From NCBI RefSeq assembly GCF_032444005.1, contig NC_091282.1:662222001-662286000 (forward strand): a stretch of DNA of 64,000 nucleotides, read 5' to 3'. The DNA is from Ranitomeya imitator (taxonomy: Eukaryota). Under the pieces are notes generated by a model, which ran no database searches, was not told where the DNA came from, and saw nothing but the letters and a program-made list of their open reading frames with translations. The position numbers and the translations under genes are program-made. This document shows positions 1 through 11,146 of the stretch, one piece after another (the stretch's first letter is position 1; each line of letters begins with the position of its first letter).

Positions 1-978
1 CATGGCATTCCGGAGAACATCGTTTCTGACAGGGGATCCCAGTTTGTGTCTAGATTTTGGCGGACGTTCTGTGCTAAGATGGGCATTGATTTGTCCTTTT
101 CGTCTGCATTCCATCCCCAGACGAATGGCCAGACGGAACGAACTAATCAGACTTTAGAAACTTATTTGAGGTGTTTTGTTTCTGCTGATCAAGATGACTG
201 GGTTACCTTTTTGCCGCTTGCCGAGTTTGCCCTTAATAATCGGGCTAGTTCTGCTACCTTGGTTTCTCCTTTCTTTTGTAATTCGGGGTTTCATCCTCGT
301 TTTTCCTCTGGTCAGGTGGAGCCTTCTGATTGTCCTGGAGTGGACAGGGTGGTGGATAGGTTGCATCAGATTTGGAGTCATGTGGTGGACAATTTGAAGT
401 TGTCCCAGGAGAGGGCTCAGCAGTTTGCTAATCGCCGTCGCCGCGTGGGTCCTCGACTTCTTGATGGGGACTTGGTGTGGTTGTCTTCTCGTTTTGTTCC
501 TATGAAGGTCTCTTCTCCTAAGTTCAAGCCTCGGTTCATCGGTCCCTATAGGATCTTGGAAATTCTTAACCCTGTGTCGTTTCGTTTGGATCTCCCGGCA
601 TCGTTTGCTATTCATAATGTGTTCCATCGGTCGTTGTTGCGGAGGTATGAGGTACCTGTTGTTCCTTCGCTTGAGCCTCCTGCTCCGGTGCTGGTGGAGG
701 GTGAATTGGAGTATGTTGTGGAGAAGATCTTGGATTCTCGTGTTTCCAGACGGAAACTCCAGTATTTGGTCAAGTGGAAGGGTTATGGTCAGGAGGATAA
801 TTCTTGGGTGGTTGCCTCTGATGTTCATGCTGCCGATTTGGTCCGTGCTTTTCATAGGGCTCATCCTGGTCGCCCTGGTGGTTCTCGTGAGGGTTCGGTG
901 ACCCCTCCTCAAGGGGGGGGTACTGTTGTGAGTTCTGTTTTTGGGCTCCCTCTGGTGGATACTGATGGTACTGGGTGA
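1..978 (+). CDS. Ty3/Gypsy (chromovirus-type) pol C-terminus: integrase core end plus chromodomain, 5'-partial
   Basis: Frame is open from base 1: HGIPENIVSDRGSQF...HPQTNGQTERTNQ (integrase D..E), a GPY/F-like motif (PRFIGPYRI), then chromodomain EYVVEKILDSR...YLVKWKGY...NSW at ~709-855. Confidence 0.93.
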   Translation, partial: HGIPENIVSDRGSQFVSRFWRTFCAKMGIDLSFSSAFHPQTNGQTERTNQTLETYLRCFVSADQDDWVTFLPLAEFALNNRASSATLVSPFFCNSGFHPRFSSGQVEPSDCPGVDRVVDRLHQIWSHVVDNLKLSQERAQQFANRRRRVGPRLLDGDLVWLSSRFVPMKVSSPKFKPRFIGPYRILEILNPVSFRLDLPASFAIHNVFHRSLLRRYEVPVVPSLEPPAPVLVEGELEYVVEKILDSRVSRRKLQYLVKWKGYGQEDNSWVVASDVHAADLVRAFHRAHPGRPGGSREGSVTPPQGGGTVVSSVFGLPLVDTDGTG

Positions 979-1669
979 CTTGTGTTCTCTGCGGTCTCTG
1001 GTGTCCACCTGTTCCATCAGGTTATGGGAGTTTCCTATTTAACCTGGCTTTTTTGTCATTTCCTCGCCGGCTATCAATGTAATCAGCGTGTCTTTTTACC
1101 TCTGCTACCTGCGTCTGTTATCTTCTGGACAAGCTAAGTTTTGATTTTCCTGTTCCACGTTTTGCTTAATTTTTGTCTTAGTCCAGCTTGCAGATATGTG
1201 ATTCCTTGCTGCTGGTTGCTCTGGTGGGCTGAAATTACTCCTCATGTTCCATGAGTTGGCACATGAGTTCAAGTAATTTCAGGATGGTTTTTTGAAGGGT
1301 TTTTCGCTGACCGCGCAGTTCACTTTTGTATCCTCTGCTTTCTAGCTTTAGCGGGCCTCATTTTTGCTGATTCTATTTTCATAACTACGTATGTGTTTTC
1401 CTCTCATTTCACCGTTATTACATGTGGGGGGCTGCTATTTCTGTGGGGTGTTTCTCTGGAGGCAAGTGAGGTCTGTGTTTCTTCTAATAGGGGAAGTTAA
1501 TCCTTCGGCTGGCGCGAGACGTCTAGGAATCATCGTAGGCACGTTCCCCGGCTACTGCTAGTTGTGTGTTTAGGTTCAGGATCGCGGTCAGCTCAGGTTC
1601 CATCACCCTAGAGCTTGTTTTGTTTTTGTGCTTGTCCTTTTGTGATCCCCTGCCATTGGGATCATGACA
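924..1669 (+). mobile_element. 3' LTR of the Gypsy element
   Basis: Follows the polypurine tract AAGGGGGGGG (911-920). Starts TGTTGTGA and ends TCATGACA (TG...CA imperfect terminal inverted repeat). Confidence 0.8.
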
Positions 1670-2870
1670 AGTAACATAGTAACATAGTAACGTAGTTAGT
1701 AAGGCCGAAAAAAGACATTTGTCCATCCAGTTCAGCCTATATTCCATCATAATAAATCCCCAGATCTACGTCCTTCTACAGAACCTAATAATTGTATGAT
1801 ACAATATTGTTCTGCTCCAGGAAGACATCCAGGCCTCTCTTGAACCCCTCGACTGAGTTCTCCATCACCACCTCCTCAGGCAAGCAATTCCAGATTCTCA
1901 CCGCCCTAACAGTAAAGAATCCTCTTCTATGTTGGTGGAAAAACCTTCTCTCCTCCAGACGCAAAGAATGCCCCCTTGTGCCCGTCACCTTCCTTGGTAT
2001 AAACAGATCCTCAGCGAGATATTTGTATTGTCCCCTTATATACTTATACATGGTTATTAGATCGCCCCTCAGTCGTCTTTTTTCTAGACTAAATAATCCT
2101 AATTTCGCTAATCTATCTGGGTATTGTAGTTCTCCCATCCCCTTTATTAATTTTGTTGCCCTCCTTTGTACTCTCTCTAGTTCCATTATACCCTTCCTGA
2201 GCACCGGTGCCCAAAACTGGACACAGTACTCCATGTGCGGTCTAACTAGGGATTTGTACAGAGGCAGTATAATGCTCTCATCATGTGTATCCAGACCTCT
2301 CTTAATGCACCCCATGATCCTGTTTGCCTTGGCAGCTGCTGCCTGGCACTGGCTGCTCCAGGTAAGTTTATCATTAACTAGGATCCCCAAGTCCTTCTCC
2401 CTGTCAGATTTACCCAGTGGTTTCCCGTTCAGTGTGTAATGGTGATATTGATTCCTTCTTCCCATGTGTATAACCTTACATTTATCATTGTTAAACCTCA
2501 TCTGCCACCTTTCAGCACAAGTTTCCAACTTATCCAGATCCATCTGTAGCAGAATACTATATTCTCTTGTATTAACTGCTTTACATAGTTTTGTATCATC
2601 TGCAAATATCGATATTTTACTGTGTAAACCTTCTACAAGATCATTAATGAATATGTTGAAGAGGACAGGTCCCAATACCGACCCCTGCGGTACCCCACTG
2701 GTCACAGCGACCCAGTTAGAGACTATACCATTTATAACCACCCTCTGCTTTCTATCACTAAGCCAGTTACTAACCCATTTACACACATTTTCCCCCAGAC
2801 CAAGCATTCTCATTTTGTGTACCAACCTCTTGTGCGGCACAGTATCAAACGCTTTGGAAAAATCGAGATA
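1670..2870 (-). mobile_element. CR1-clade LINE, 5'-truncated (RT C-terminal half and 3' tail)
   Basis: ORF 1785-2897(-) reads YLDFSKAFDTVPH...GVPQGSVLGP...FADDTKL. The 3' end is a CR1-type (ACTATGTT)n microsatellite tail at ~1672-1695. Confidence 0.92.
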
Positions 2871-3415
2871 AGTCCTGGTTTGGTTTTCGCTGTCCACGTG
2901 CAGTGGACTTTATAGTTCTGTGCATTTTCATGTTTTTGTTTTGTCCTGCTTAGTCTGTGAAGGATTTTTTGCAGCTTAGATATTGATCTGGAGATGCAGA
3001 TATACCCCCCATGTCTTTAGTTAGATGTGGTGATCCGTATTTTCTGCGGTGGATATTTTCTAGTGTTTTTATACTGACCGCATAGTACTCTTTTCTATTC
3101 TTTCTTTTTAGCTAGTATGGCCTCCTATGCTATATCTGATTTCATATCTGCGTATGTTATTTCCCTCTCCTCTCACAGTCAATATTTGTGGGGGGCTATC
3201 TATCCTTTGGGGAATTTCTCTGAGGCAAGATAGGTTTCCTGTTTCTGTCTTTAGGGGTAGTTAGATCTTAGGCTGTGCCGAGGGGTCTAGGGAGTGTTAG
3301 GTACCCCCCACGGCTACTTCTAGTTGCGCTGCTAGGTTCAGGGTTTGCGGTCAGTACAGGGACCACCTTCTCCAGAGTCCGTCTCATGCTGCTCCTAGGC
3401 CACCAGTTCATAACA
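2871..3415 (+). mobile_element. Partial Gypsy LTR related to 924-1669
   Basis: Shares blocks with the first LTR (ATTTGTGGGGGGCTAT, TCTCTGAGGCAAG, TAGTTG..TAGGTTCAGG) and ends TCATAACA. Confidence 0.65.
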
Positions 3416-6400
3416 GTATACCATCCAGCTGCCATTCCATCACCCCAGCAGACCCCACAGCAGCGTCGGTCACCCTGACCGAACACCACAGGTGGCGTCA
3501 CGAACCCCTGACAGACTATACCCCCTTTACTGGACGCCCCTTAGCAGGGTCACGGACCGGGTCTAGCCACCGTGACAGCCTCAGCACCGAACCAGGGAGG
3601 CCCGGTACCGAGAACTCGTGGCCCTGTGTCTGGGGGCAATCCAACTTGGCGTCACGAACAGGATCGTACTTAAGCCTGAGAAGCAGGTCATGTGTGCCTT
3701 GGAACTGTGATTGAAACGTGTTGGACTGTGATTTATTGCAAGGACTGTGTATTGTTATCTGCCGCAAGATTCCCGCCAAAACTGCCACCATTATAGCGCC
3801 ACGAGGAGCGCAAGAGAAGAATAAGGGTGTGGAAGTGGGCGTGAGTAAGCTGGAGAGCGCAAAAGATAATGGCCGCCCAGTCTAAGTATTGCTGTATCCT
3901 GAGGGCGGGTCCGTCAGCGACTGAGGTCCGCCTTCTCATCTTCTATGGCGGGCGGAGACCGAAGAAACAAACTATGTCTCAGACAGAGTGGAACTGGAAA
4001 GCCGGGGAGGCTTGCGGAGAAAGATGGCCCAGTCTAGGTCCCCATCACCGGAGGATTATACCGGCATGCCGCCGCTGGAGAAGATCGAGTCCTGGGAGCT
4101 GTCCGCGGAGCCCCCGCTACCTGCACCAGACCAGGCAGCCGCCCCTGAGGAACAGCGTGGAGCTGCCAGAGCCCCCACCTACGAGCGAGCTCGGTACCCT
4201 GGCCGATCGGGGATCGGTGTTCCGCCGACGCATGACCCGACCACCGGCGCGGTTGGTGGAGTCCCGAAGTCTGCATCATTCGACCCGGAAACGCGTGAGT
4301 GGGACATGGGCTCCTTCCCCTGGGGGGATTATCAGAAGCACCTCATAGCTGAGCATGCCAGGGACGTGGAACGGGAGGCCCGCGGTGAGATGCTGGATGG
4401 GTCATTGCCGAAATGGGGAGTGGTGATCGTTTACCAGCCCCAGGGAGGAAGAGGCTTTGTCCAGGAAATCGGATCGACAATAAGGGTCCATATCACCCGG
4501 GAGGTGGTGGAGGCTGGCCTGCGGGGCGACAGTAAGGGCCCCGTCCTGCTGCCGGGGGATGCGGTAAGCTATCGCAGATACCAGAAGGGCCACGGCTGGT
4601 GGGCTCGGGATATCCAGCGCTGTACCTCCATCCTGGTCGCTGCCAAATCCTTGGAGGAAGAACTGGCTGAAGCAGCGGCAGCCGCAGCTGCTGTTCCTCG
4701 GATCGCTCACTGGACTCCCGCACTGCCAGAAATAGGCCGTGAATTAAGGCTTTCCAGTCCCCCGAGGTCTGCCTGCCCGGTTAGGCCCTGGCAGAGGCCA
4801 CCAGAACAGCACTAAACCTTGAAAACCCGAATATGTACATAGTTAACCGTTTCCTGCTGTTGCTGCTACTTTAAACCCGACCAGGGTTATGTCTTAAAGG
4901 GGTCCCTTTGTTTACCCGGGATCCCTAATGTTTTCTATTTCTTTTCTACTTTTGCACAAAGTTCATCATTGTTTCAAAGACTGCCGGATCATGGACGGTG
5001 AATGATTCAAAACTGTTTTTGTATATAGTTTGCACCTTCTTAAAGGTGCTCCCTACTGGTTTTACAAGTGAAAGAAGACTTTGCGAAGATGATGCTGATG
5101 GACATGACGCAGAAGGTCTTGCTTTCAGTGGACTTGCAGACAGAGAGAGAATCTGCACTACTTACTAGAGACTTGGGTCCCTCTTAAAGGGAATGCTTAC
5201 ATGATTGCCTTAATAAAAGTTGAAACGTTAATAATGTTAAAATTTTGAAAGTTTGATAATGTTGACAGAGACTGAGGACAGGAAGGCTTGAAGTGAACCC
5301 GTAGGGGTTAGAGAGAGAGAGTCCTCCTGAGAGATGTAGAAAGATGGTCGGCACAATGACAGTAGGCCCAGCCAAGGAGCTAGGCGGTCCTGCATTGGTG
5401 AAGTTAGAACGGAAAGAAAAGTTGAGTTATTTATATAGTAGGCCTTTAGTGGGTTCAGCTTATACGCCCTTAAAGGAAAAAGTTAAATTATTGTTCAAAG
5501 TTTGCACTTAGTAGAATACCCGGCTGGGTACTGAGAGTTATTTATAGTCAAAATGTTATTTAAAAATATTTAATCCTGTTTTTGTTTGTAACGTTCAATT
5601 GTCCTTACCTCCCATAAAGGGAAGCACCTTTTCTATTGACTTGTTCTAAGCATTTCAAAAATTTTGTATGTCTTTTGCTGTATTATATTGTTGTTCTTCT
5701 TCCCAGTCCAGGAGTACTGGATTTAACCAGTAGGAGTCGTGCCGAGAGACAGAGGCAACATCTTACTGAGGCGCGTAGTCGGTGGCAGGAACACCGCAGC
5801 AGTAACTGACTTCAGGCCTTACTTCAAACTCCGCCGGACAGTTAATTATAGGTTGGCTGTCTACCTTAAATTTCCTAAGAAGACATAGGGCGCAACATTG
5901 GGAGAGGGGCGTCTCTAGGGTCCCGGAAGACCTCCAAGCCTTCCCGTCGTACGGGTGCGTCCTAGTCATAACATACCTGGGGGACGAGAAACTAGTAACA
6001 TCTGGAACTAACGAGAGAGAGAGAGAGCTGTAGAGAACGAACGAACGAGAACAGCAGTTGTGAGGACTATTCCGAATGCTCAGCAGGGTAGGACTACAAC
6101 ACACAGGTGCTAGTGGTAGGCAACGATTTCCATCTGCGAAGGAAACTCTGAATGTGCCCATCAGACAGGCCGGTCTCTGATAGCCCTGTTAAACGTGCTC
6201 TGGATTGTGGATCCTGAAGTCTACAGTAAAGAGGTAAAGAGACTGCAACCTTGTGTCCTCGTTATTGCCTGCACCTCACACCATTACCATCCACCTTACT
6301 GGGAAGCCCTGGGGACATACTTCACCTGTGGGAAGGTATACCATCCAGCTGCCATTCCATCACCCCAGAGGACCCCACAGCAGCGTCGGTCACCCTGACC

Positions 6401-6562
6401 GAACACCACAGGTGGCGTCACGAACCCCTGACAGACTATACCCCCTTTACTGGACGCCCCTTTACTGGTCACCGACCGGGTCTAGCCACCGTGACAGCCT
6501 CAGCACCGAACCAGGGAGGCCCGGTCCTGAGAACTCGTGGCCCTGTGTCTGGGGGCGATCCA
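3416..6562 (+). mobile_element. LTR-bounded non-autonomous retroelement: 5' LTR remnant 3416-3643, PBS 3647-3664, internal region, 3' LTR remnant ~5730-6562
   Basis: A ~225 bp direct repeat lies at 3416-3643 and ~6336-6562, both copies ending GGGGC(A/G)ATCCA. The first copy is followed by TGGCGTCACGAACAGGAT (PBS-like). No gag/pol motifs are recognisable inside. Confidence 0.75.
4024..4815 (+). CDS. Intact 263-aa ORF inside the LTR element with a cold-shock-domain/OB-fold-like segment
   Basis: ATG at 4024, TAA at 4813-4815. Segment 4411-4623 (WGVVIVYQPQGGRGFVQEIGSTIRVHITREVV...LLPGDAVSYRRYQKGHGWWARDI) follows the CSD pattern by eye only. Confidence 0.5.
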   Translation: MAQSRSPSPEDYTGMPPLEKIESWELSAEPPLPAPDQAAAPEEQRGAARAPTYERARYPGRSGIGVPPTHDPTTGAVGGVPKSASFDPETREWDMGSFPWGDYQKHLIAEHARDVEREARGEMLDGSLPKWGVVIVYQPQGGRGFVQEIGSTIRVHITREVVEAGLRGDSKGPVLLPGDAVSYRRYQKGHGWWARDIQRCTSILVAAKSLEEELAEAAAAAAAVPRIAHWTPALPEIGRELRLSSPPRSACPVRPWQRPPEQH

Positions 6563-6652
6563 CATACACACATACATACACACACACATACACACACACA
6601 CACACATACACACACACACATACATACACACACATACTCACACACACATACA
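6563..6652. repeat. (CA)n microsatellite
   Basis: Direct reading; begins at the LTR end. Confidence 0.95.
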
Positions 6653-6774
6653 CAAAAGATAGCGAGGGAGAGAGAGCAAGAGAGCAAAACATATTTACCA
6701 TTGTGCGCTGCCGACGGGAGGGAGGGCTCCCAGAAGAAGACATGGCTGCTCTGGTACGGCTGGGCTCTGTCGCA

Positions 6775-6930
6775 GGAGAGCTGGCTGGGCTCTGTGGCAG
6801 GTTATAGCTGGCTGGCCTCTGTGGCAGGAGAGCTGGCTGGGCTCTGTGGCAGGTTATAGCTGGCTGGGCTCTGTGGCAGGCTCCGCTGCAGGCTTGGCTG
6901 GCTGGGCTCTGTGGCAGGCTATAGCTGGCT
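6775..6930. repeat. Short minisatellite TAGCTGGCTGGGCTCTGTGGCAGG
   Basis: About 6 imperfect tandem copies. Confidence 0.85.
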
Positions 6931-7079
6931 CCATTCTCTGGCTCCTTTGTTCTTCTGTCTTGGCAGGGTGTGGTCTCTCTGGTTGGTAGAATGGCTGGAA
7001 ATGAGTGAAGGCCTCAATGGCATTGCTTTATATATAGTCCTGGGGGCAGGCTCATAGTTTCTGAGCATGCTCAGTGTAA

Positions 7080-7406
7080 AAAGCCGGATCAGGCCGCCGG
7101 ATCCGCCCTATTTATGGATCCGGCACAATCCGGCATCCATAGACATGCATTGTAGCGAAAAGCCGGAAAGGCTTTTTCGCCGCAGACAAAAAACGTTACA
7201 GTAGACTTTTTTTCAGACGCCGGAATCGAGCCACCGCAGGATCCGGCGTCAAACCGGAAGGAACGCTGGGCCATCCGGCGCAATCCGGCGACAATACAAT
7301 TCATTGGGGGAAAAGCCAGATCCGGTGTTTACATTTTCCGATTCCGGTTTTTCTCCCGAGAGACGGATTTAGCCTGAAACAAAAAACCTGATGTGTGAAA
7401 GCAGCC
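7080..7406. mobile_element. MITE fragment (PIF/Harbinger-type TIR ...GTGTGAAAGCAGCC|TTA)
   Basis: Right TIR plus TTA and many internal CCGGAT/ATCCGG palindromic motifs; the left end is missing. Confidence 0.55.
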
Positions 7407-7409
7407 TTA

Positions 7410-7905
7410 CCTGCACCTCCAGTGTGAACAGGTCCCTACCTGTTTCTTCATACTACATATCCATACCTGCACCTCTTGTGTGAATAGGTCCCTACCTGTT
7501 CCTTCATACACCACACAAACCAGTCCTGTGTTCCTGCCGTCCCTGCCAGTCCTGTGTTCCTGCCAGCCCTGTGTTCTCTGCCATGTCTCTGACAGCCCTG
7601 TGTCTCAGCTGTGCCAGCCTACTTGTCTGAGTTTCAGCCGTGCTCTTCTGCCAGTCCTGCCTGATGCCCGCGCCTGTCCTAGTGTTCCTGTTCTCCAAAT
7701 GGGATCAGCAGCCACAGCCAGACACCACCCTGGAGAAGCACCTGACAGCTGCCTGCTGCACAAGCCTGACCTCACCATCAGAGGCTCCAGTGAAAACCCA
7801 GGCAGCTGTCATATTCACGCCCCTTCCAGGGTAGTCTGGTTTGTGGCACAGTGGGGCCACAAACCCCCCGAGCTCACGCCCACCAGTCAGGGCGTGAGCG
7901 TGACA
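7410..7905 (+). mobile_element. Gypsy-type LTR fragment
   Basis: Ends GGCGTGAGCGTGACA (LTR-like CA terminus) and has internal short repeats. Family assignment is tentative. Confidence 0.45.
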
Positions 7906-8697
7906 CAGAGTCCTCTTATCCAGGTGTAAATTAGTAGCCTTCCTCTAGCGCCTGAGTGTTGTAGTTCCTCCCTGCTGAGCTTCTCGGTGAGGTCCTCACA
8001 ACTATTGTAGATGTAATGTCTCTTTCTCTCTGTCCCCCTGATGGATAGGACAAACCAGTATGATTGATGGCCTGAGGCTTTTTACAGGGACCCTAAGACG
8101 CCCCAGCCCCGACAAGTTGCCACCGTGCCTCCTGGGTATAAGGTTGGGCAGCCAACGTGGAATTAACTGTCCTGCCAGTCTCTGAAGTAAAGCATAGAGA
8201 ACCTTACTCCCTCAGTGTTCTGGATACAGGCTTCTGCGCTTCAGAAGGAAGCAGCCTGCTCCTGGCTGGTCTCCCTCTGATATTCCTCTCCTTTGCTATG
8301 ACTTCGTTTCTCACTCACTACAAGACAATTCCCTTCTGATGTCTCGTTTTTTGGATGCTGCCGCACGTGGGGCACGCGCAGCTCCGTGGACCCTCGTCTT
8401 CCGCAGACCTCAGTCTGCATCTGGCTCCCTCTCACTTCAGCCAGCTTCAGCTTCAGCCTGCATCTCCTTGCCTCTGCCTCTGCCTAACTTTCTGTCCAGA
8501 CTCCCAGTTTTACCTAATTGTGAGGAGTGCCCTAATAGATAGAAGCATGGCTCCCCCTGGTGGCCTGGAGTGTGAAGTGTGTTGTGTGGTTTGTGATACC
8601 TGGTAAGGTGATCTCCTTTATTGCCTTCAGACGTAACATCACTCCCCCTGGTGGAAGAATAACATTACTGCAACGACCAGGACTCTGGGGCGCTGCA
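7906..8697 (-). mobile_element. Truncated LTR related to the 3416-6562 element
   Basis: The minus strand starts TGCAGCGCCCCAGAG, an inverted match to the GGGGCGATCCA LTR end. It shares blocks TAGGGTCCC, AGTTGTGAGGAC and GCTCAGCAGGG..ACTACAACAC with 5900-6120. Confidence 0.65.
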
Positions 8698-10032
8698 AGT
8701 ATATTCGCTCATCACTAATAAAGATGAATTGTTTGCAGATTTGCAAATGGAATGGAGCAACATTCAAGATGGAGCAAGATGGAGCAACCAGAGAGAAGGA
8801 ATCACACTTTAAGGCTGGAGTCACACTCAGCGTATGGAAATGCGGTCCGTATTTTACGGCCGTAATACGCATACAAATTCCAGAAATGGTGATACGTATG
8901 TAATCCATAGGCAAGGTGTGGTCGCGTATTTTGCGCATGTAATGTTGCGTATGTAATCCGTATGACATCTGTAATACGCAACCTGACAAAATGGACATTT
9001 AACGGTTTTTGAGGCTGAAATTAATTTAAATCAGCAACCCTATTTAAGGCCTCTACAACAGGTGGCACCCTCCCATATGGCCAATTTGTGGTTGTGCATC
9101 TGTTGTTGTGTTGTGGTAACGTTTGCACCATGTCTGACCTACTGCACTTCACCCCAACTCAGCGTGTTTTGTTTAACTGGGTCTTGTCGCGTCGGTTTGG
9201 CCAGCCATATCCTGTGATTGTAGATCCGCGAAGGAGGAGAAGAAGAATGTAGGTGCATCCTCTTTTGACTAAACGCCTCACTAAAGGCCATTTTCAGAGG
9301 CTATATACACCTCTGCGGGCACATCCTGACAAGTTCTATCTGTACTGTCACATGACCATCAGAACCTTTGATATATTGTTGGAGATATTACGTCCAGGTA
9401 TCACCTATCAGGACACAAGGATGCGCAAAGCCATATCTGCTGAAGAGCGTCTTCTCCTAACCTTACGGTATGTATTCCACAGTCTCACATACTGTATGTT
9501 GATGATCTTTTTTTTTAATGTGTTGTGTTCTAGCAGGTTTTTTCAAGTATATGTGTACATTAGGGCACAAGCAGATCCAAAAAAGTGTGTCTAATGTTAT
9601 AGTTAAGTACCCTAGGTAAATTTTCATTTTTCAGTGTTAATCATGTTTTTTAAAATATTCAATCTACTTGTGCTTCTTCATGTTTTGTATGAGCTCTTGT
9701 TACATTCCTAATATTCTTTTTTTTACACTTTCAGCTTCCTGTCCACTGGCTTGTCGTATGCGGGACTACACCTGGAGTTTCTGATTGGCCGGTCGACAAT
9801 TTCGGGCATTGTGCGGTCAACCTGTAGGCAAATATGGGATAGACTCAAGGACCTTGTGATGCCTGAGCCAAAACAGGCTCATTGGCTCAAAATAGCCCAT
9901 GGGTTCCAGGACAATTTTGATTTTCCAAACTGCATTGGAGCGGTGGATGGGAAATATATCAGGGTACGTAAGCCACTGAACTCTGGCTCCCAATTCGACA
10001 ATTAGAAGCAGTTTTTCTCTGTAGTTCAGTTA

Positions 10033-10341
10033 GGCTACGTTCACACTAGCGTTGCGCCGCCCTGCGTCAGCGACGCAACGCGCGACGCACGGAAAAACGC
10101 GCGCAAACGCGCGCAAAAATGCGCGCGTTTTGCGACGCGTGCGTCGTTTTTTGACGAAATCGGACGCAAGAAAAATGCAACTTGTAGCGTTTTCTTGCGT
10201 CCGACGCTAGCGTCTAAAACGACGCACGTGTCGGAAAACGCGTGCAAAAAGACGCACGCGTCCCCTATGTTAAACATAGGGGCGCGTCGCAGCTGCGTCG
10301 CCGCTGCGTCGCCGACGCAACAGCGACGCTAATGTGAACGT
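10033..10341. mobile_element. MITE (TIR GGCTACGTTCACA)
   Basis: Palindromic; same family as 50160-50477; right TIR clipped. Confidence 0.8.
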
Positions 10342-10343
10342 TA

Positions 10344-11146
10344 GGCTGGGTTCACATTGCGCTAGGTGTGTCCGTCTAACGGACTCGTTTTTAAGTAGTA
10401 AAAACGCAATGTAACGCACATACTAACGCGCCCATAGACTTGCATTGTCTGACGCATCGTGACGCATCCCTAAATTGGTATGCGTTTGTCACATAACGTT
10501 TTTTTTCTGACGGACCTTCAACGCGGCTTGCAGCGTTTTCGGGTCCGGCCAAGCTAACGCACTACTAACGGAAGCGTTCATTCTGCCATAGAAGGCTATG
10601 GCAAACGCAGTCAGACGCAAATCATGAAAAATTTCCAAATAGAACCACACGTTTTAATAGCTTTTGAAGGTGGTCACATGTGGTCATGTGACAGGAAATG
10701 TGACTTCGGCCATTAAAATATCCCACTCACACAAAGTCTCCTGCACGTGACAGAGTGTTTTGCCGTAGAATGAATGTTAACATTATTTAATGTTAAAATA
10801 TTTTTTTTTACATTTTACATACACAATAGGTTGTGGCACAAGGAGGACAAAAAAAGAAAAAAGGTCCCTAGCCGTCTGTCGTCGCCACAACTGCCAGTGG
10901 TAAATATAAAATAGAAATATTCTATCCAATATTTACCAACAAAAAAAAAAGAACAACTTTATTGACAGTGACAAACGCAGACAAACGGATACTTCGTAAA
11001 CGGACATCAAAATGAAAAAACGCGATCACATGCGTTAACGCTAGCGTTACCGTGACGACGAATTTCACATATTTTTGCTCCGTTTCTGTACATGCGTTTA
11101 ACGCATCCGTTTGACGCCATGTACTTGACGCAATGTGAACCTAGCC
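10344..11146. mobile_element. MITE (TIR GGCTGGGTTCACATTGCG / CGCAATGTGAACCTAGCC)
   Basis: Terminal inverted repeats with TTA/TAA flanks. Confidence 0.8.

Noticed and set aside
154-1017. 287-aa antisense ORF over the Gypsy integrase
   Set aside because: Shadow ORF of the pol reading frame; no recognisable motifs.
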